Shown here piece by piece: positions 37,403 to 48,020 of a stretch of DNA of 64,000 nucleotides (its first letter is position 1; each line of letters opens with the position of its first letter). The DNA lies in assembly GCA_964410515.1 (NCBI GenBank), contig CAYPGW010000003.1, positions 15,102 through 79,101 on the forward strand, written 5' to 3'. This stretch comes from an uncultured Sangeribacter sp. GTDB taxonomy: Bacteria > Bacteroidota > Bacteroidia > Bacteroidales > Muribaculaceae. Both the position numbers and the translations under genes were made by a program. The notes beneath the pieces were generated by a model, which ran no database searches, was not told the DNA's origin, and saw only the letters and a program-made list of their open reading frames with translations.

Positions 37403-38605
37403 TTATTTGTTGAGCACACTAAGTTTCTTGCCTACCTTGATGAATGCATCCACAGCACGATCAAGATGCTCGCGCTCATGCGCGGCAGAAAGCTGCACTC
37501 GTATTCGAGCCTGCCCTTTCGGAACTACAGGATAGTAGAAGCCGGTGACGAAGATGCCTTCCTTCTGCATCTCGGCAGCGAACTCCTGCGAAAGTTTGGC
37601 ATCATAGAGCATTACTGCGCAGATAGCCGACTGCGTGGGTTTTATATCAAAGCCGGCTGCCAGCATCTTATCGCGGAAATAATTAACGTTGTCGATAAGT
37701 TTGGCGTGTAGCGCATCTGACTCCTTCAGCATCTTGAACATCTCCAGGCTCGCCCCTACGATAGATGGGGCTACGGAGTTGGAGAAGAGATAGGGACGGC
37801 TGCGTTGGCGCAGCATATCAATCACTTCTTTGGGGCCCGTAGTGAAGCCGCCCATCGCACCTCCGAAAGCCTTGCCGAGGGTACCGGTGAAGATATCTAT
37901 CTTGCCGTAGCAGTCAAACTGTTCCGCCACACCATGACCTGTCGGGCCCACCACTCCGGCTGAGTGAGACTCATCTACCATCACGAGGGCATTATACTTA
38001 TCGGCAAGTTCACATATCTTGTCCATCGGAGCCACATTTCCGTCCATCGAGAACACGCCATCAGTAGCGATGATCTTATAGCGGCATCCCTGCTCATCCG
38101 CTTCTTTCAGGCAACGTTCCAGATCGGCCATGTCAGCATTGGCATAGCGGAAGCGTTTCGCCTTGCAAAGACGTACTCCGTCGATGATCGAGGCATGATT
38201 GAGTGAATCGGATATGATTGCGTCTTCTTCAGAAAACAGAGGTTCAAAAAGGCCTCCGTTTGCATCGAAACAGGCTGCGTAAAGAATCGTGTCTTCCGTT
38301 TTGAAATAATCTGATATGGCCTTCTCGAGCTGCTTATGAAGGTCTTGAGTGCCGCAGATGAAGCGAACGGAACTCATACCGTAACCACGGTTTTCCATAG
38401 CCTTCCGCGCTGCTTCTATGAGCCGAGAGTTGTCAGCGAGTCCAAGATAATTATTGGCACAGAAATTAAGAACCTCTCCATCATTCCCCTCCACTTTAAT
38501 ATCGGCGCTCTGAGGGGTGACGATGACGCGTTCGTTTTTGTAAAGGCCGGCATCCTTGATGGAGTCGAGTTCCTTGGCGAGATGATCTTTGAAGTCTTTA
38601 TACAT
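37403..38605 (-). CDS. kbl: Glycine C-acetyltransferase (2-amino-3-ketobutyrate CoA ligase)
   Basis: NFCANNYLGL, SVRFICGTQ, LNHASIIDG, TLGKAFGG, RSRPYLFSN. Confidence 0.96.
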   Translation of the reverse strand: MYKDFKDHLAKELDSIKDAGLYKNERVIVTPQSADIKVEGNDGEVLNFCANNYLGLADNSRLIEAARKAMENRGYGMSSVRFICGTQDLHKQLEKAISDYFKTEDTILYAACFDANGGLFEPLFSEEDAIISDSLNHASIIDGVRLCKAKRFRYANADMADLERCLKEADEQGCRYKIIATDGVFSMDGNVAPMDKICELADKYNALVMVDESHSAGVVGPTGHGVAEQFDCYGKIDIFTGTLGKAFGGAMGGFTTGPKEVIDMLRQRSRPYLFSNSVAPSIVGASLEMFKMLKESDALHAKLIDNVNYFRDKMLAAGFDIKPTQSAICAVMLYDAKLSQEFAAEMQKEGIFVTGFYYPVVPKGQARIRVQLSAAHEREHLDRAVDAFIKVGKKLSVLNK

Positions 38606-38704
38606 ATCGGTATAGGTTATCAGTTGGCAGACCGTCATGGCATATACGGCCTATATGACGTAAAATTATAAAAAAAAGATGAACCTGACAAATAAAATTA
38701 TGAG

Positions 38705-38737
38705 AAAAGCGCTCCCCTGCCGAAGAGAGGAGCGCTT
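38705..38737 (-). terminator. Intrinsic terminator of the efflux operon
   Basis: AAGCGCTCC...GGAGCGCTT stem preceded by an A run on + (U tail on -). Confidence 0.75.
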
Positions 38738-38756
38738 GATAGCGATAGGAAATGCT

Positions 38757-39050
38757 TCAAATGGATTTCTCCACATTCCAGACAAAGGCCCTGAGTCCGA
38801 GCATCGGACGGTCTTCGTCAAGTTGATTCAGTTTTTCCAGAAGAGCATCCACCTGACGGTCTTCCACAACGGTAAGGATGGCAGAGGCAAGTCCCGGCCA
38901 CGCATGAGATCCATAGTGAGGCTCACCATGCAGGCTTCCACGCCCCTGAACATCGCTGAAAGAAGTGAATCCGCGACAGTTTGAACGCGTTAGGATGTCG
39001 ATTATCTTCTCGTAGTGGGCCTGGTCGAAGGCTATGAATACTGATTTCAT
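38757..39050 (-). CDS. PG0541-family P-II-like transporter-associated protein
   Basis: MKSVFIAFDQA, RGFT...QGRGS..GEPHYGSHAWP; directly after an RND permease. Confidence 0.8.
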   Translation of the reverse strand: MKSVFIAFDQAHYEKIIDILTRSNCRGFTSFSDVQGRGSLHGEPHYGSHAWPGLASAILTVVEDRQVDALLEKLNQLDEDRPMLGLRAFVWNVEKSI

Positions 39051-39124
39051 GTCAATTTGTTGTCTTTCTCTTAGGCCGTCGGGCAAGTCGTGCCCCGATG
39101 TGGGACGCCGACTTGCCTGACGTG

Positions 39125-42100
39125 TTAATTATTCTTATTTTTCTCCTTGCGAAGAGAGCGTCGGATGTTGAGCACCCCGCGGCCGGCAAACGAACAGTAG
39201 AGCACCGGCACGAACAGCAGGGTGAGTATAGTGGAGAAAGTCAGACCTCCGATCACCGCCGTTCCCATAGGCTGCCACATCTCGGCACCCTGTCCTGAGC
39301 CCACGGCCATCGGCACCATGCCGAGGATGGTTGTGGCTGTGGTCATGATCACAGGACGGAGACGGGAGCGTCCGGCATCAATCACCGCATTGCGTATGCT
39401 CAGTCCGCGCTCACGGTTGAGTATGATATAGTCGATGAGCACAATACCATTTTTCACTACAATACCGATAAGCATGATGGCGCCGATCATCGACATCACG
39501 TTGAGCGTGTGTCCGGTCAACCAGAGAATCAGGAACACGCCGGAGAAAGCGAACAGGAGCGATGTCATGATGATGCCCGGATAAGTGAAACTTTCAAACT
39601 GAGCGGCCATCACGATATAGACGAGAATCACTATAAGGATGCCAAGCATAAGAAGATCGGAGAAAGAATCCTGCTGGTCTTCATAACTACCGGCAAGCTG
39701 GATCGTGATGCCGGCGGGCAGATGCATTTCATTAATGAGAATTTCCGCCTGCTCCACTACCTGGCTCATAGGAACTCCATCGACTACCGACGACACAGTT
39801 ACGATGCGCTGGCGATCCTTTCGCTCGATAGTAGGAGGTGTGAAACGCTCCACTACCGTTCCCAGCTCCTTTATGCGTACCTGTCCGCCCGAAGGAGTTG
39901 TCACCATAATATTCTCAAGATCCTCAATCGACGTGCGATGCTGCTTGTCGAACATCACCTTAATGTCATATTCCTCACCATCTTCACGGAACTGCGAGGC
40001 GGTAGCGCCATTTACACGGTTGCGCAGCATCTGGGCAACTGACGAAAGGTTCAATCCATACAGGCTCAATTTCTCTCTATCAAAATCCACCTGATACTCA
40101 GGCTGGTAGTCGCCACGTGATATCATAACGTCGGCAGTTCCCTCAATTCCGGAGAGGGCCTGTTTCAGCATTCGGGCCACTGAGTCGGTAGCAGAGAAAT
40201 CATATCCGTAAATTTCAAAGTCCACTACAGACTGACCACCCATACCTGATCCACGTCCGCCACCGACATTAACCTGTGCCTTCACAAACTCAGGGAACTG
40301 CTCTTCTATGTCTTTTCGCATTCCATCGGCAATTTCCTTAATGCCACGCTTACGTTCAGTCTTATTATAGAGATTGATATTCATGGAGACAATGTGCGCT
40401 CCGTTTTCGCTAAGCGATGCAAAAGTATTGTCGGAAGATGCCGGACCCACAGTGAATGAACTTACCTTTATCTCAGGATATTTGACGCGCCAAAGTGAGT
40501 CAAGGCGATAAGTGGCGTCATAAGCACGCTCCACACGGCTTCCGATAGGCAACTCAAGACTTACGCCGAGACGTCCGTTGTCTTGCGTGGGGAAGAATTC
40601 CGTGCCCACAAATTTCATAAGGAAGATGGAGCCGGCAAATATGCAGAGGCAGACAATAACAGTAACCGTGCGGTGAGCCACAACCTTTCGGAGCACACCG
40701 GCATACCAGTTGTCGAATCTGTCGAGCGCCCTTTCGATCGGGCCATAAAGTTTAATGAAGAGCGGTCCATGATGATTCACGCGGCGCAGCCACTGCGAGC
40801 AGAGCATCGGAGTGAGCGAGAGGGCGCAAGTGGTAGAAATCACCATCATGATGCAGACCATCCATCCAAGCTGACGGAAAAGCACACCGGTCATGCCGGT
40901 GACGAGCGTCAGCGGGAAGAAAACCGCTATAAGGGTAAGTGTGGATGCTATTACCGAGATGGCCACCTCGTTTGTGCCATGCACGGCGGCCTGCTTCGGA
41001 TCTGATCCGCGCTCAATATGCGTGGTCACGTTCTCAAGCACCACTATCGCATCATCCACCACCATACCAATAGAAATTGAGAGAGCCGAGAGGGAGACGA
41101 TGTTCAGAGTATTGCCCGTAGCGTAAAGATAAATGAACGAAGCGATAAGCGACACCGGAATCGTGATGACGATGATCATGGTGGCTCTCCAGCGCCCGAG
41201 GAAGAAGAACACAACGAGCATTACGAACAGAAGTGCGTAGAGCACTGTCTCTTCGAGCGATGCGATAGTATTGCGGATATTGTCAGACGTATCGACAATC
41301 ACACCGAGCTTGATGTCTGACGGCAGATTCTTCTGAAGTTTCGGCAGCATTTTCAGCACCTGCTCCGAAATCTGGACTGAATTTGCGCCACTCTGCTTCT
41401 GGATAATGATTATCGCACCCTCCTTTCCCTTTATATATGAATGCTGGGTGCGCTCCTCAAACGAGTCATCAACCTGCGCCACATCCTTCAGATATACTAT
41501 CGAGCCATTATAGGTTCCGACAGGAATATTCAGGAGTTCAGACGTCTCATCAAATTCTCCCTGCACACGAAGTGAGAATGTATTGCTGCCCACATCAAAC
41601 GCACCGCCCGGGATATTGCGGTTTTCAGCCGATATGATACCCGAGATACCTTCTACCGTGAGATGATAAGCCTCCAGCTTGTTGGGATCGCAATAGACGT
41701 GTATCTCACGCTTAGGCGCACCGGATATCGACACCGTGCCGACGCCATCGATTCGCGCGAGCGGATTGGCCACCGCATCATCGAGAATCTTGTATAGTCC
41801 CGCCATACTCTCCTTGGCCTCTACAGACAGGAGGCAGATAGGAATCATATCGGTCGAGAACTTAAAGATGATCGGATTCTGACAATCATCGGGAAGCGAC
41901 GACTGAACCATATCGAGCTTGTCGCGCACATCGTTGGTCAGATTGTCGATATCATAACCATATTCAAACTCCAGGGTGATTACGGAAGTGTTCTCACGGC
42001 TCTGCGAGGTGATATGCTTCAGATGCTCTACCGAGTTCATCACATTCTCGAGCGGCTTCGTGACGTTCTGCTCTATATCTTCCGAACTCGCGCCGGGATA

Positions 42101-42250
42101 TATAGTAATCACCATGATGGTGTTGGTATCGATGTCGGGAAAGAGATCGATAGGAAGTTTCGTAAGCGAGAAAAGGCCGAGAATCACCACTGTCACAAAG
42201 CAGAGAGTGGTCATGATCGGGCGTTTTACCGCTGAACTATATAAGCTCAT
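39125..42250 (-). CDS. RND efflux permease (AcrB/MdtB family)
   Basis: GMVVDDAIVVLEN, GIVVKNGIVLID, RLRPVIMT; about 1040 aa with 12-TM pattern. Confidence 0.95.
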   Translation of the reverse strand: MSLYSSAVKRPIMTTLCFVTVVILGLFSLTKLPIDLFPDIDTNTIMVITIYPGASSEDIEQNVTKPLENVMNSVEHLKHITSQSRENTSVITLEFEYGYDIDNLTNDVRDKLDMVQSSLPDDCQNPIIFKFSTDMIPICLLSVEAKESMAGLYKILDDAVANPLARIDGVGTVSISGAPKREIHVYCDPNKLEAYHLTVEGISGIISAENRNIPGGAFDVGSNTFSLRVQGEFDETSELLNIPVGTYNGSIVYLKDVAQVDDSFEERTQHSYIKGKEGAIIIIQKQSGANSVQISEQVLKMLPKLQKNLPSDIKLGVIVDTSDNIRNTIASLEETVLYALLFVMLVVFFFLGRWRATMIIVITIPVSLIASFIYLYATGNTLNIVSLSALSISIGMVVDDAIVVLENVTTHIERGSDPKQAAVHGTNEVAISVIASTLTLIAVFFPLTLVTGMTGVLFRQLGWMVCIMMVISTTCALSLTPMLCSQWLRRVNHHGPLFIKLYGPIERALDRFDNWYAGVLRKVVAHRTVTVIVCLCIFAGSIFLMKFVGTEFFPTQDNGRLGVSLELPIGSRVERAYDATYRLDSLWRVKYPEIKVSSFTVGPASSDNTFASLSENGAHIVSMNINLYNKTERKRGIKEIADGMRKDIEEQFPEFVKAQVNVGGGRGSGMGGQSVVDFEIYGYDFSATDSVARMLKQALSGIEGTADVMISRGDYQPEYQVDFDREKLSLYGLNLSSVAQMLRNRVNGATASQFREDGEEYDIKVMFDKQHRTSIEDLENIMVTTPSGGQVRIKELGTVVERFTPPTIERKDRQRIVTVSSVVDGVPMSQVVEQAEILINEMHLPAGITIQLAGSYEDQQDSFSDLLMLGILIVILVYIVMAAQFESFTYPGIIMTSLLFAFSGVFLILWLTGHTLNVMSMIGAIMLIGIVVKNGIVLIDYIILNRERGLSIRNAVIDAGRSRLRPVIMTTATTILGMVPMAVGSGQGAEMWQPMGTAVIGGLTFSTILTLLFVPVLYCSFAGRGVLNIRRSLRKEKNKNN

Positions 42251-42278
42251 TATTCCTTATTTTAGGGGGATTATCATA

Positions 42279-43343
42279 TTATTTCATCACCTTAACCTTG
42301 CGGCCGTTGGCAAGGGCGTTCTGCCCCTCCACCACTACCTCCGAGCCGTTGGGCACACCACTGATGAGCTCGTAGGAAGTGTCGATACGCTGTCCGAGTT
42401 CCACCTTATTGTAAGATACGGTTCCGTCGGCATTGAGCACATACACATAATGGTCGCCGCTGCCCTGCTGCTTCACCACAGCACGGTCGGGAACGACTAC
42501 ATGAGTTGCATTTCCAAGTGCGATCGAGGCGCGGCCGAACATGCCCGGAAGTATGCGGCCGTCGGCATTTGGCACTGTGACCTCTACCCCAACTGTGCGG
42601 CTGGCGGCATCTACGGTGGGCATCACCAACGACACTGTGCCCTTAAACTGCTCATCGCCGTATGTATTGAACGTGAGATCTACCGGCATTCCCTTATTGA
42701 TGTTGGCAAGTTGCGACTCATTCACGTTGATAACCACCTTCACGGGATTGATACGTGCCACCGTGAGTATCGGCAACTGACCGGTCATGTCGCCCGGATC
42801 ATAATTTCTGGCTGTCACCACTCCGTCGATGGGCGAGGTCAGCACCGTGTTTTCGCGGGCATTTTTCAGGGTGCGCTCGGCCTGTGCCACTGCATTGCGC
42901 GCATTGATTAGCGTCACGTTCATCTGATCTACGGCCTGCTGGGTGCCACCGCCGATCTTGAGCAGTTCTACAGCGCGGTCGTAGTTGGTCTGCGCGTTCT
43001 GCAGCTGAGCCTTCGCATTGTCTACCGCGAGCTCATACTGAGTGGTGTTCACATCGTCGAGCGCCACCAGTTTCTGGCCCTTGCTCACGCGCACGCCCTC
43101 GTCTACGTAAATCGCCTTGATGCGGTTGGCCATCTGAGCCGAGATGTTATTGATCACTTCAGGCTCTACTGTGGCAGTGTAGACAGCAACCTGATCCACG
43201 TCCTGCTCGCTGACTTTGGCAGTCTTCACAATAGGGAGGTCTTCTTTCTCTTCAGATGCGTCAGCCTTTCCCTTGCTGCCGCATGAGGCGCACGCCACTA
43301 AGAGCGCCAGCGCTGATGATATATATCTATAAGTTTTCATCAT
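42279..43343 (-). CDS. RND membrane-fusion (periplasmic adaptor) lipoprotein
   Basis: CASC lipobox, VDEGVRVSKGQ, SPIDGVV, LPGMFGR; start moved to 43343. Confidence 0.92.
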   Translation of the reverse strand: MMKTYRYISSALALLVACASCGSKGKADASEEKEDLPIVKTAKVSEQDVDQVAVYTATVEPEVINNISAQMANRIKAIYVDEGVRVSKGQKLVALDDVNTTQYELAVDNAKAQLQNAQTNYDRAVELLKIGGGTQQAVDQMNVTLINARNAVAQAERTLKNARENTVLTSPIDGVVTARNYDPGDMTGQLPILTVARINPVKVVINVNESQLANINKGMPVDLTFNTYGDEQFKGTVSLVMPTVDAASRTVGVEVTVPNADGRILPGMFGRASIALGNATHVVVPDRAVVKQQGSGDHYVYVLNADGTVSYNKVELGQRIDTSYELISGVPNGSEVVVEGQNALANGRKVKVMK

Positions 43344-43350
43344 TATGTAA

Positions 43351-44733
43351 TTACTTGAGTGAGTTGTCGCGTCCGAGGAGCAGATCGAGCTCGCTTGCCG
43401 AGACGAGATAATTATATATGGCCTGCAGATATGACAGCTGAGCACTTGTGTCGGCGAGTTCGCTGTCGCGGAGTTCAAGATAGGAAGCGGCTCCGATCTG
43501 GAAACTCTTCTGCATGATCTCGTGCGCCTTCTTGGCCTGACGCATGCCTTCCTTAGAGGAGTCGATCTGCTTCACCTGCTTTCCAATATTGTCGAGAGCG
43601 AGGTCTACCTGCATGTTAAGGCTGTTGACAAGATTTTCGCGCTGCAGTTCAAGTTCCTTCTGCTGCACCTGTGCCTGACGGTAAGCATACAGTTTTGTGC
43701 CACCTGAGAAGATGGGCAAAGATAACTGAAGCCCAACCGACGAATAGGGTGAGAAATCAAGATCCTTGAACATCGGGCCGTTGCTCAGCGACATCCAGCT
43801 TATATTGAAACTTGCGCCGAGGGTGGGAAGCCAGTCGAGCTTCTTCATGTCTACGTTCTGCTTCGCCATCTTCTGCTGCAGTTCCAGTGAGCGCAGCGTG
43901 GAGTTGTCGGCAAGGCTGCGGTTCTGAAGATGCACTGCATACATATCCTTCTCCATTTCTGCAATAGTGGTGGTGGGATATATATTGAAATCCGAGTCAA
44001 TTCCCATCAGGACATTGAGCTGGAGCTGACATTGCTTCACGGCGATGTCCGCATCGAGGAGTGAAGGCTCAATATTCTTCACCTGCACCTCCGAACGGAG
44101 CACATCATACTCCGAGGCAGTGCCTTGCTCAAACTGCTTCCGGTAGATGTCGGCATTGAACTTGGCTATATCGTAGTTCTCCTTAATCACGTCGCGCGAA
44201 GCAATGGCGAGCATGAGTGAATAGTAAGCCTTGTTCACCTGATTGATCAGTTCAAGACGGCTTGAGCGGGCAGCCTCGAGATTCTGTGCAATCTGAGTGT
44301 CGGAAATGGAAATAGCCTTCCAGAGCGTAGGAGCGATGATCGGGAGCGAGAGGGAGAATCCGGTGTTCCACGAGTTGTCAGATCCCATCTTGAGTTTCTG
44401 GCTCTCTCCTCCGAAGTTCATGCGGATGGTCTGGAGTTCGATGCTGCGCTGATAGGCGAGCGAGAATCCGATCTGCGGAAGAAGATTACCGATAGTCTCG
44501 CGTTTGGCATAGTTTACCCTTTTCACCTCCATATCGGCAATTTTCACGGTAGGGCTCTCAGAGAGTGCCAGTTCAAGGCATTCCTCTCTGCTCATGAGCA
44601 CACTGTCCGGATCGACGCCCGACGCAATGGCGGCCGCGGGTGCGGGCATGTCAGTTTCCTGCGCAACTGATGTGTGTATTCCCGCAAAGAAACACACGAT
44701 CATCAACAGCGACAGATGTCTTCGAGTTGTCAT
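43351..44733 (-). CDS. TolC-family outer-membrane efflux protein
   Basis: Signal peptide, duplicated OEP repeats (GTASEYDVL / GAASYLEL). Confidence 0.92.
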   Translation of the reverse strand: MTTRRHLSLLMIVCFFAGIHTSVAQETDMPAPAAAIASGVDPDSVLMSREECLELALSESPTVKIADMEVKRVNYAKRETIGNLLPQIGFSLAYQRSIELQTIRMNFGGESQKLKMGSDNSWNTGFSLSLPIIAPTLWKAISISDTQIAQNLEAARSSRLELINQVNKAYYSLMLAIASRDVIKENYDIAKFNADIYRKQFEQGTASEYDVLRSEVQVKNIEPSLLDADIAVKQCQLQLNVLMGIDSDFNIYPTTTIAEMEKDMYAVHLQNRSLADNSTLRSLELQQKMAKQNVDMKKLDWLPTLGASFNISWMSLSNGPMFKDLDFSPYSSVGLQLSLPIFSGGTKLYAYRQAQVQQKELELQRENLVNSLNMQVDLALDNIGKQVKQIDSSKEGMRQAKKAHEIMQKSFQIGAASYLELRDSELADTSAQLSYLQAIYNYLVSASELDLLLGRDNSLK

Positions 44734-44782
44734 TGTGTAAGATTTGTATTTTTACCTGAAAAAATTGGTTACAAAATTACAA

Positions 44783-44818
44783 AAAAACACCGATTCATGA
44801 AAAGGAATCAGTGTTTTT
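44783..44818 (-). terminator. Terminator after tdh, adjacent to the efflux operon promoter
   Basis: AAAAACACCGATTC-atgaaaag-GAATCAGTGTTTTT; reverse-strand TAATTTTG at 44772-44779. Confidence 0.75.
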
Positions 44819-44841
44819 GACCAATCTTATTGCACTTTCAG

Positions 44842-45804
44842 CTAATTATTGGCGGAAAGTTTAATTTTAAGATTTTCAATCATGTCTTGGGTCATGGAGT
44901 CGAGATCGAACTCAGGCTTCCAGTCCCATTCCTCGCGGGCACACGTGTCGTCGAGGCTATCAGGCCATGAATCAGCAATATGCTGGCGCAGGGGGTCGAG
45001 TTCATAGACCATCCGGAAATCCGGCACATACTCTTTGATTTTGGCATATATTTCTTCCGGGCCGAAACTCATCGAGGCGATATTAAACGAGTTGCGATGC
45101 TTCAGACGCGCCGGGTCGGCTTCCATTATCTCTACAGCAGCGCGCAGCGCATCGGGCATATACATCATGTCCATGAGAGTTCCGGGCTTGAGCGGACATT
45201 TGAATGTCTCACCTTTCACAGCAGCATAATAGATCTCAACTGCATAATCGGTGGTGCCTCCGCCGGGAGGGGCCACGTAGCTTATCAAACCGGGGAATCG
45301 CACCGACCGCGTATCTACGCCGAATCGCTTTGCGTAGTAATCGCTCAGCAGCTCGCCTGATACTTTAGTTACACCATACATGGTGTCGGGGCGCTGAATG
45401 GTGTCTTGAGGCGTTTTGGTGTGAGGAGTGGAGAGGCCGAAACTTCCGATAGAACTCGGAGTGAACACAGCACATCCTTTCTCGCGTGCCACCTCCAGCG
45501 TATTGAAGAGGCCTCCGAGCCCTATCTTCCAAGCCAACTGGGGCTTTGCTTCAGCCACTGCGCTGAGAAGGGCTGCGAGGTTATAGATGGTATCGACGTC
45601 ATATCGCTCCACGGCGTCGGCAATCTGCCGGGCATCGGTGATGTCCACCACGGCCGAGGGGCCCGATTCGAGAAGCCGTCCTTTGGGCTCGGCACCGGGA
45701 ATATAGCCGGCTACCACATTCCCTTCGGGATAAAGGCCACGAAGTTTCATTGTCAGTTCGCTTCCGATCTGCCCGGTGCTTCCGATGACAAGTATATTTT
45801 TCAT
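44842..45804 (-). CDS. tdh: SDR-type L-threonine 3-dehydrogenase (NAD-dependent epimerase family)
   Basis: GSTGQIG, PSSIG, YGVTK, PGGGTTDYAV, IADSWP motifs; kbl nearby. Confidence 0.88.
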   Translation of the reverse strand: MKNILVIGSTGQIGSELTMKLRGLYPEGNVVAGYIPGAEPKGRLLESGPSAVVDITDARQIADAVERYDVDTIYNLAALLSAVAEAKPQLAWKIGLGGLFNTLEVAREKGCAVFTPSSIGSFGLSTPHTKTPQDTIQRPDTMYGVTKVSGELLSDYYAKRFGVDTRSVRFPGLISYVAPPGGGTTDYAVEIYYAAVKGETFKCPLKPGTLMDMMYMPDALRAAVEIMEADPARLKHRNSFNIASMSFGPEEIYAKIKEYVPDFRMVYELDPLRQHIADSWPDSLDDTCAREEWDWKPEFDLDSMTQDMIENLKIKLSANN

Positions 45805-46086
45805 TCTGATAGACGATTATAAGGCAAATGTTGTAGAGCATAAGGTCGGCATGCTCTTTCGACTGCAAATTTACATTAAATTTTTCAATAAACCATTAAA
45901 CGCAATGATTTTTTTTGGAAAAATGCTCGTCAGCATGAAGCATGGGAGGATGTGCGGAATTATTACGCAAGTATTCAGCCGCCAAAACCAAAGATGGCAG
46001 AATGCGGTTTTATATATAGCCCCATATCACTTCACAAAGATTGATTAGGCGCTATAGAACCCGACAATCATCCACTGATAATAATC

Positions 46087-46881
46087 GTGAAAGAGACAGA
46101 AAGTAAACAAAAGGATGTGGTGACAGTATTCAGAAAGACATCCTATATATCGGCCGCTGACTGCAACGCCCAGCAGGAACTCGGCGTCCCGATGCTCGTA
46201 CAGAAACTGATCGATGTTGCCACCGAGCACGCCAACATTCTGGGCATAGGCAACCCGTTCATGCCTGAGCCCGGAATGGGATGGGTATTGTCAAGGCTTA
46301 GTATCGAAATGAAGCGATGGCCCGAAGAAAACTCGGAGTATACAGTGACCACATGGGTTGAAGACTGGAACCGCCATTTCTCGCGCAGGGCTTTCTCCAT
46401 TCATGACCAGAACGGCGAAGTCTTAGGCTACGCCAGGTCGATATGGATGGTGCTCAACACCACCGACCGGAGCAATGCGGGCCTGTCCGGGCTGAATTTC
46501 AAGAAGGAATGGGTGAGCGATCTGCCATGCCCGATAGCGATGCAGGAGAAGCATCAGAAGATTGAATCGGGGCCGGATGCGCCTCTCTATCGCTTCAAGT
46601 ATTGCGACATAGACTTCTATCGCCACGTCAACACTGTGCGCTATGTAGATCTTCTGCTCAACCAGTTTGACATGGAGACCTACGACCGCAATTATATCGA
46701 GCGATTCGAGTTGTCGTTCCTTCACGAGGCAAGCTACGGCATGGAGATACGAATCAACAGCGAGCCATCTGCAACCGCGCCTCTCCTCTTCAGGTTCTCG
46801 CTTGAAGACCGAGCCTCGGGGCAGCCTATACTCTACGCCCGCTTACGTTTCGCAACGAGGCCAGGCGTGGCTGAAAAGTAA
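46087..46881 (+). CDS. Acyl-ACP thioesterase
   Basis: WVLSRL, DIDFYRHVNTVRY motif; double hot-dog length. Confidence 0.88.
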   Translation: MKETESKQKDVVTVFRKTSYISAADCNAQQELGVPMLVQKLIDVATEHANILGIGNPFMPEPGMGWVLSRLSIEMKRWPEENSEYTVTTWVEDWNRHFSRRAFSIHDQNGEVLGYARSIWMVLNTTDRSNAGLSGLNFKKEWVSDLPCPIAMQEKHQKIESGPDAPLYRFKYCDIDFYRHVNTVRYVDLLLNQFDMETYDRNYIERFELSFLHEASYGMEIRINSEPSATAPLLFRFSLEDRASGQPILYARLRFATRPGVAEK

Positions 46882-46978
46882 TGAATTAATTTTCATTACG
46901 GCAATTTTGGCTGCAATCTTTTCTTATTTTGGAAAGTTTTTATTAATTTTGCTGATTGAAACAACAATTACGACATCT

Positions 46979-48007
46979 ATGATCTCCAAGATTGAAGAAC
47001 TGAAAAGCGAAATAGCCTCGCTTCAGGCCTCATCAGCAGAGGCGCTGGAGCAGCTGCGCATAAAATATCTGAGCAAGAAGGGTGAGATATCGGCACTCAT
47101 GAATGAGTTCCGCACCATCCCCGCCGAGCAAAAGCGTGAGATGGGACAGCGGCTCAACGAGTTGAAGACAATAGCCACCGACAAACTCGCCTGCCTGAAA
47201 GAAGCTCTGGCCGCTAATGCCGAAGCCGAAAAAGGGAATATCGACCTTACCCGCACCGCCACTCCCCTCCCCCTGGGAACCCGGCATCCGCTCTCGCTCG
47301 TGAAAAACGAAATCATCAACATCTTCGGCAACATGGGCTTCACAATAGCCGAGGGGCCGGAGATTGAAGACGACTGGCACGTGTTCAGTTCGCTCAACTT
47401 TGCGGCCGACCATCCCGCGCGCGACATGCAGGACACCTTCTTCATCGAGCGCGACGGCAAGGACGACATTTTGCTGCGCACTCACACATCGAGCGTGCAG
47501 ACACGCGTCATGGAGCACGCGCAGCCACCCATCCGAATAGTTTGCCCGGGCCGCGTATACCGCAACGAAGCAATCTCGGCCAGAGCTCATTGCTTCTTCC
47601 ATCAGGTGGAAGGGCTCTATATTGATAAGAACGTCAGTTTCGCTGACCTGAAGCAGGTTCTCCTCGAATTTGCCCAGCAGATGTTCGGCCCGGAGACTAA
47701 GATACGTCTGCGTCCGAGTTATTTCCCCTTCACCGAGCCGAGCGCCGAGATGGACATAAGCTGCGGCATTTGCGGCGGCAAGGGATGCGCCCTCTGCAAG
47801 GGTACCGGCTGGGTAGAGATTCTCGGCTGCGGCATGGTAGACCCCAATGTGCTCAAGGCATGCGGAATCGACCCCGAAGTATATTCCGGATTCGCATTCG
47901 GCATGGGTGTGGAGCGTATCGCCAACCTGAAATATCGTGTGAAAGACCTCCGGCTCTTCAGCGAGAACGATGTAAGATTCCTCGACGAATTCGTGGCCGC
48001 CCACTGA
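46979..48007 (+). CDS. pheS: Phenylalanine-tRNA ligase alpha subunit
   Basis: HPARDMQDTF, LRTHTSSVQ, RPSYFPFTEPSAE, GFAFGMGVER; start 46979 after TAATTTTG at 46944. Confidence 0.98.
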   Translation: MISKIEELKSEIASLQASSAEALEQLRIKYLSKKGEISALMNEFRTIPAEQKREMGQRLNELKTIATDKLACLKEALAANAEAEKGNIDLTRTATPLPLGTRHPLSLVKNEIINIFGNMGFTIAEGPEIEDDWHVFSSLNFAADHPARDMQDTFFIERDGKDDILLRTHTSSVQTRVMEHAQPPIRIVCPGRVYRNEAISARAHCFFHQVEGLYIDKNVSFADLKQVLLEFAQQMFGPETKIRLRPSYFPFTEPSAEMDISCGICGGKGCALCKGTGWVEILGCGMVDPNVLKACGIDPEVYSGFAFGMGVERIANLKYRVKDLRLFSENDVRFLDEFVAAH

Positions 48008-48020
48008 TTGACGCACTGTA

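Noticed and set aside
46667-46978. 104-aa N-terminal extension of pheS
   Set aside because: It overlaps the thioesterase gene and an AT-rich promoter region; PheS-like sequence starts at 46979
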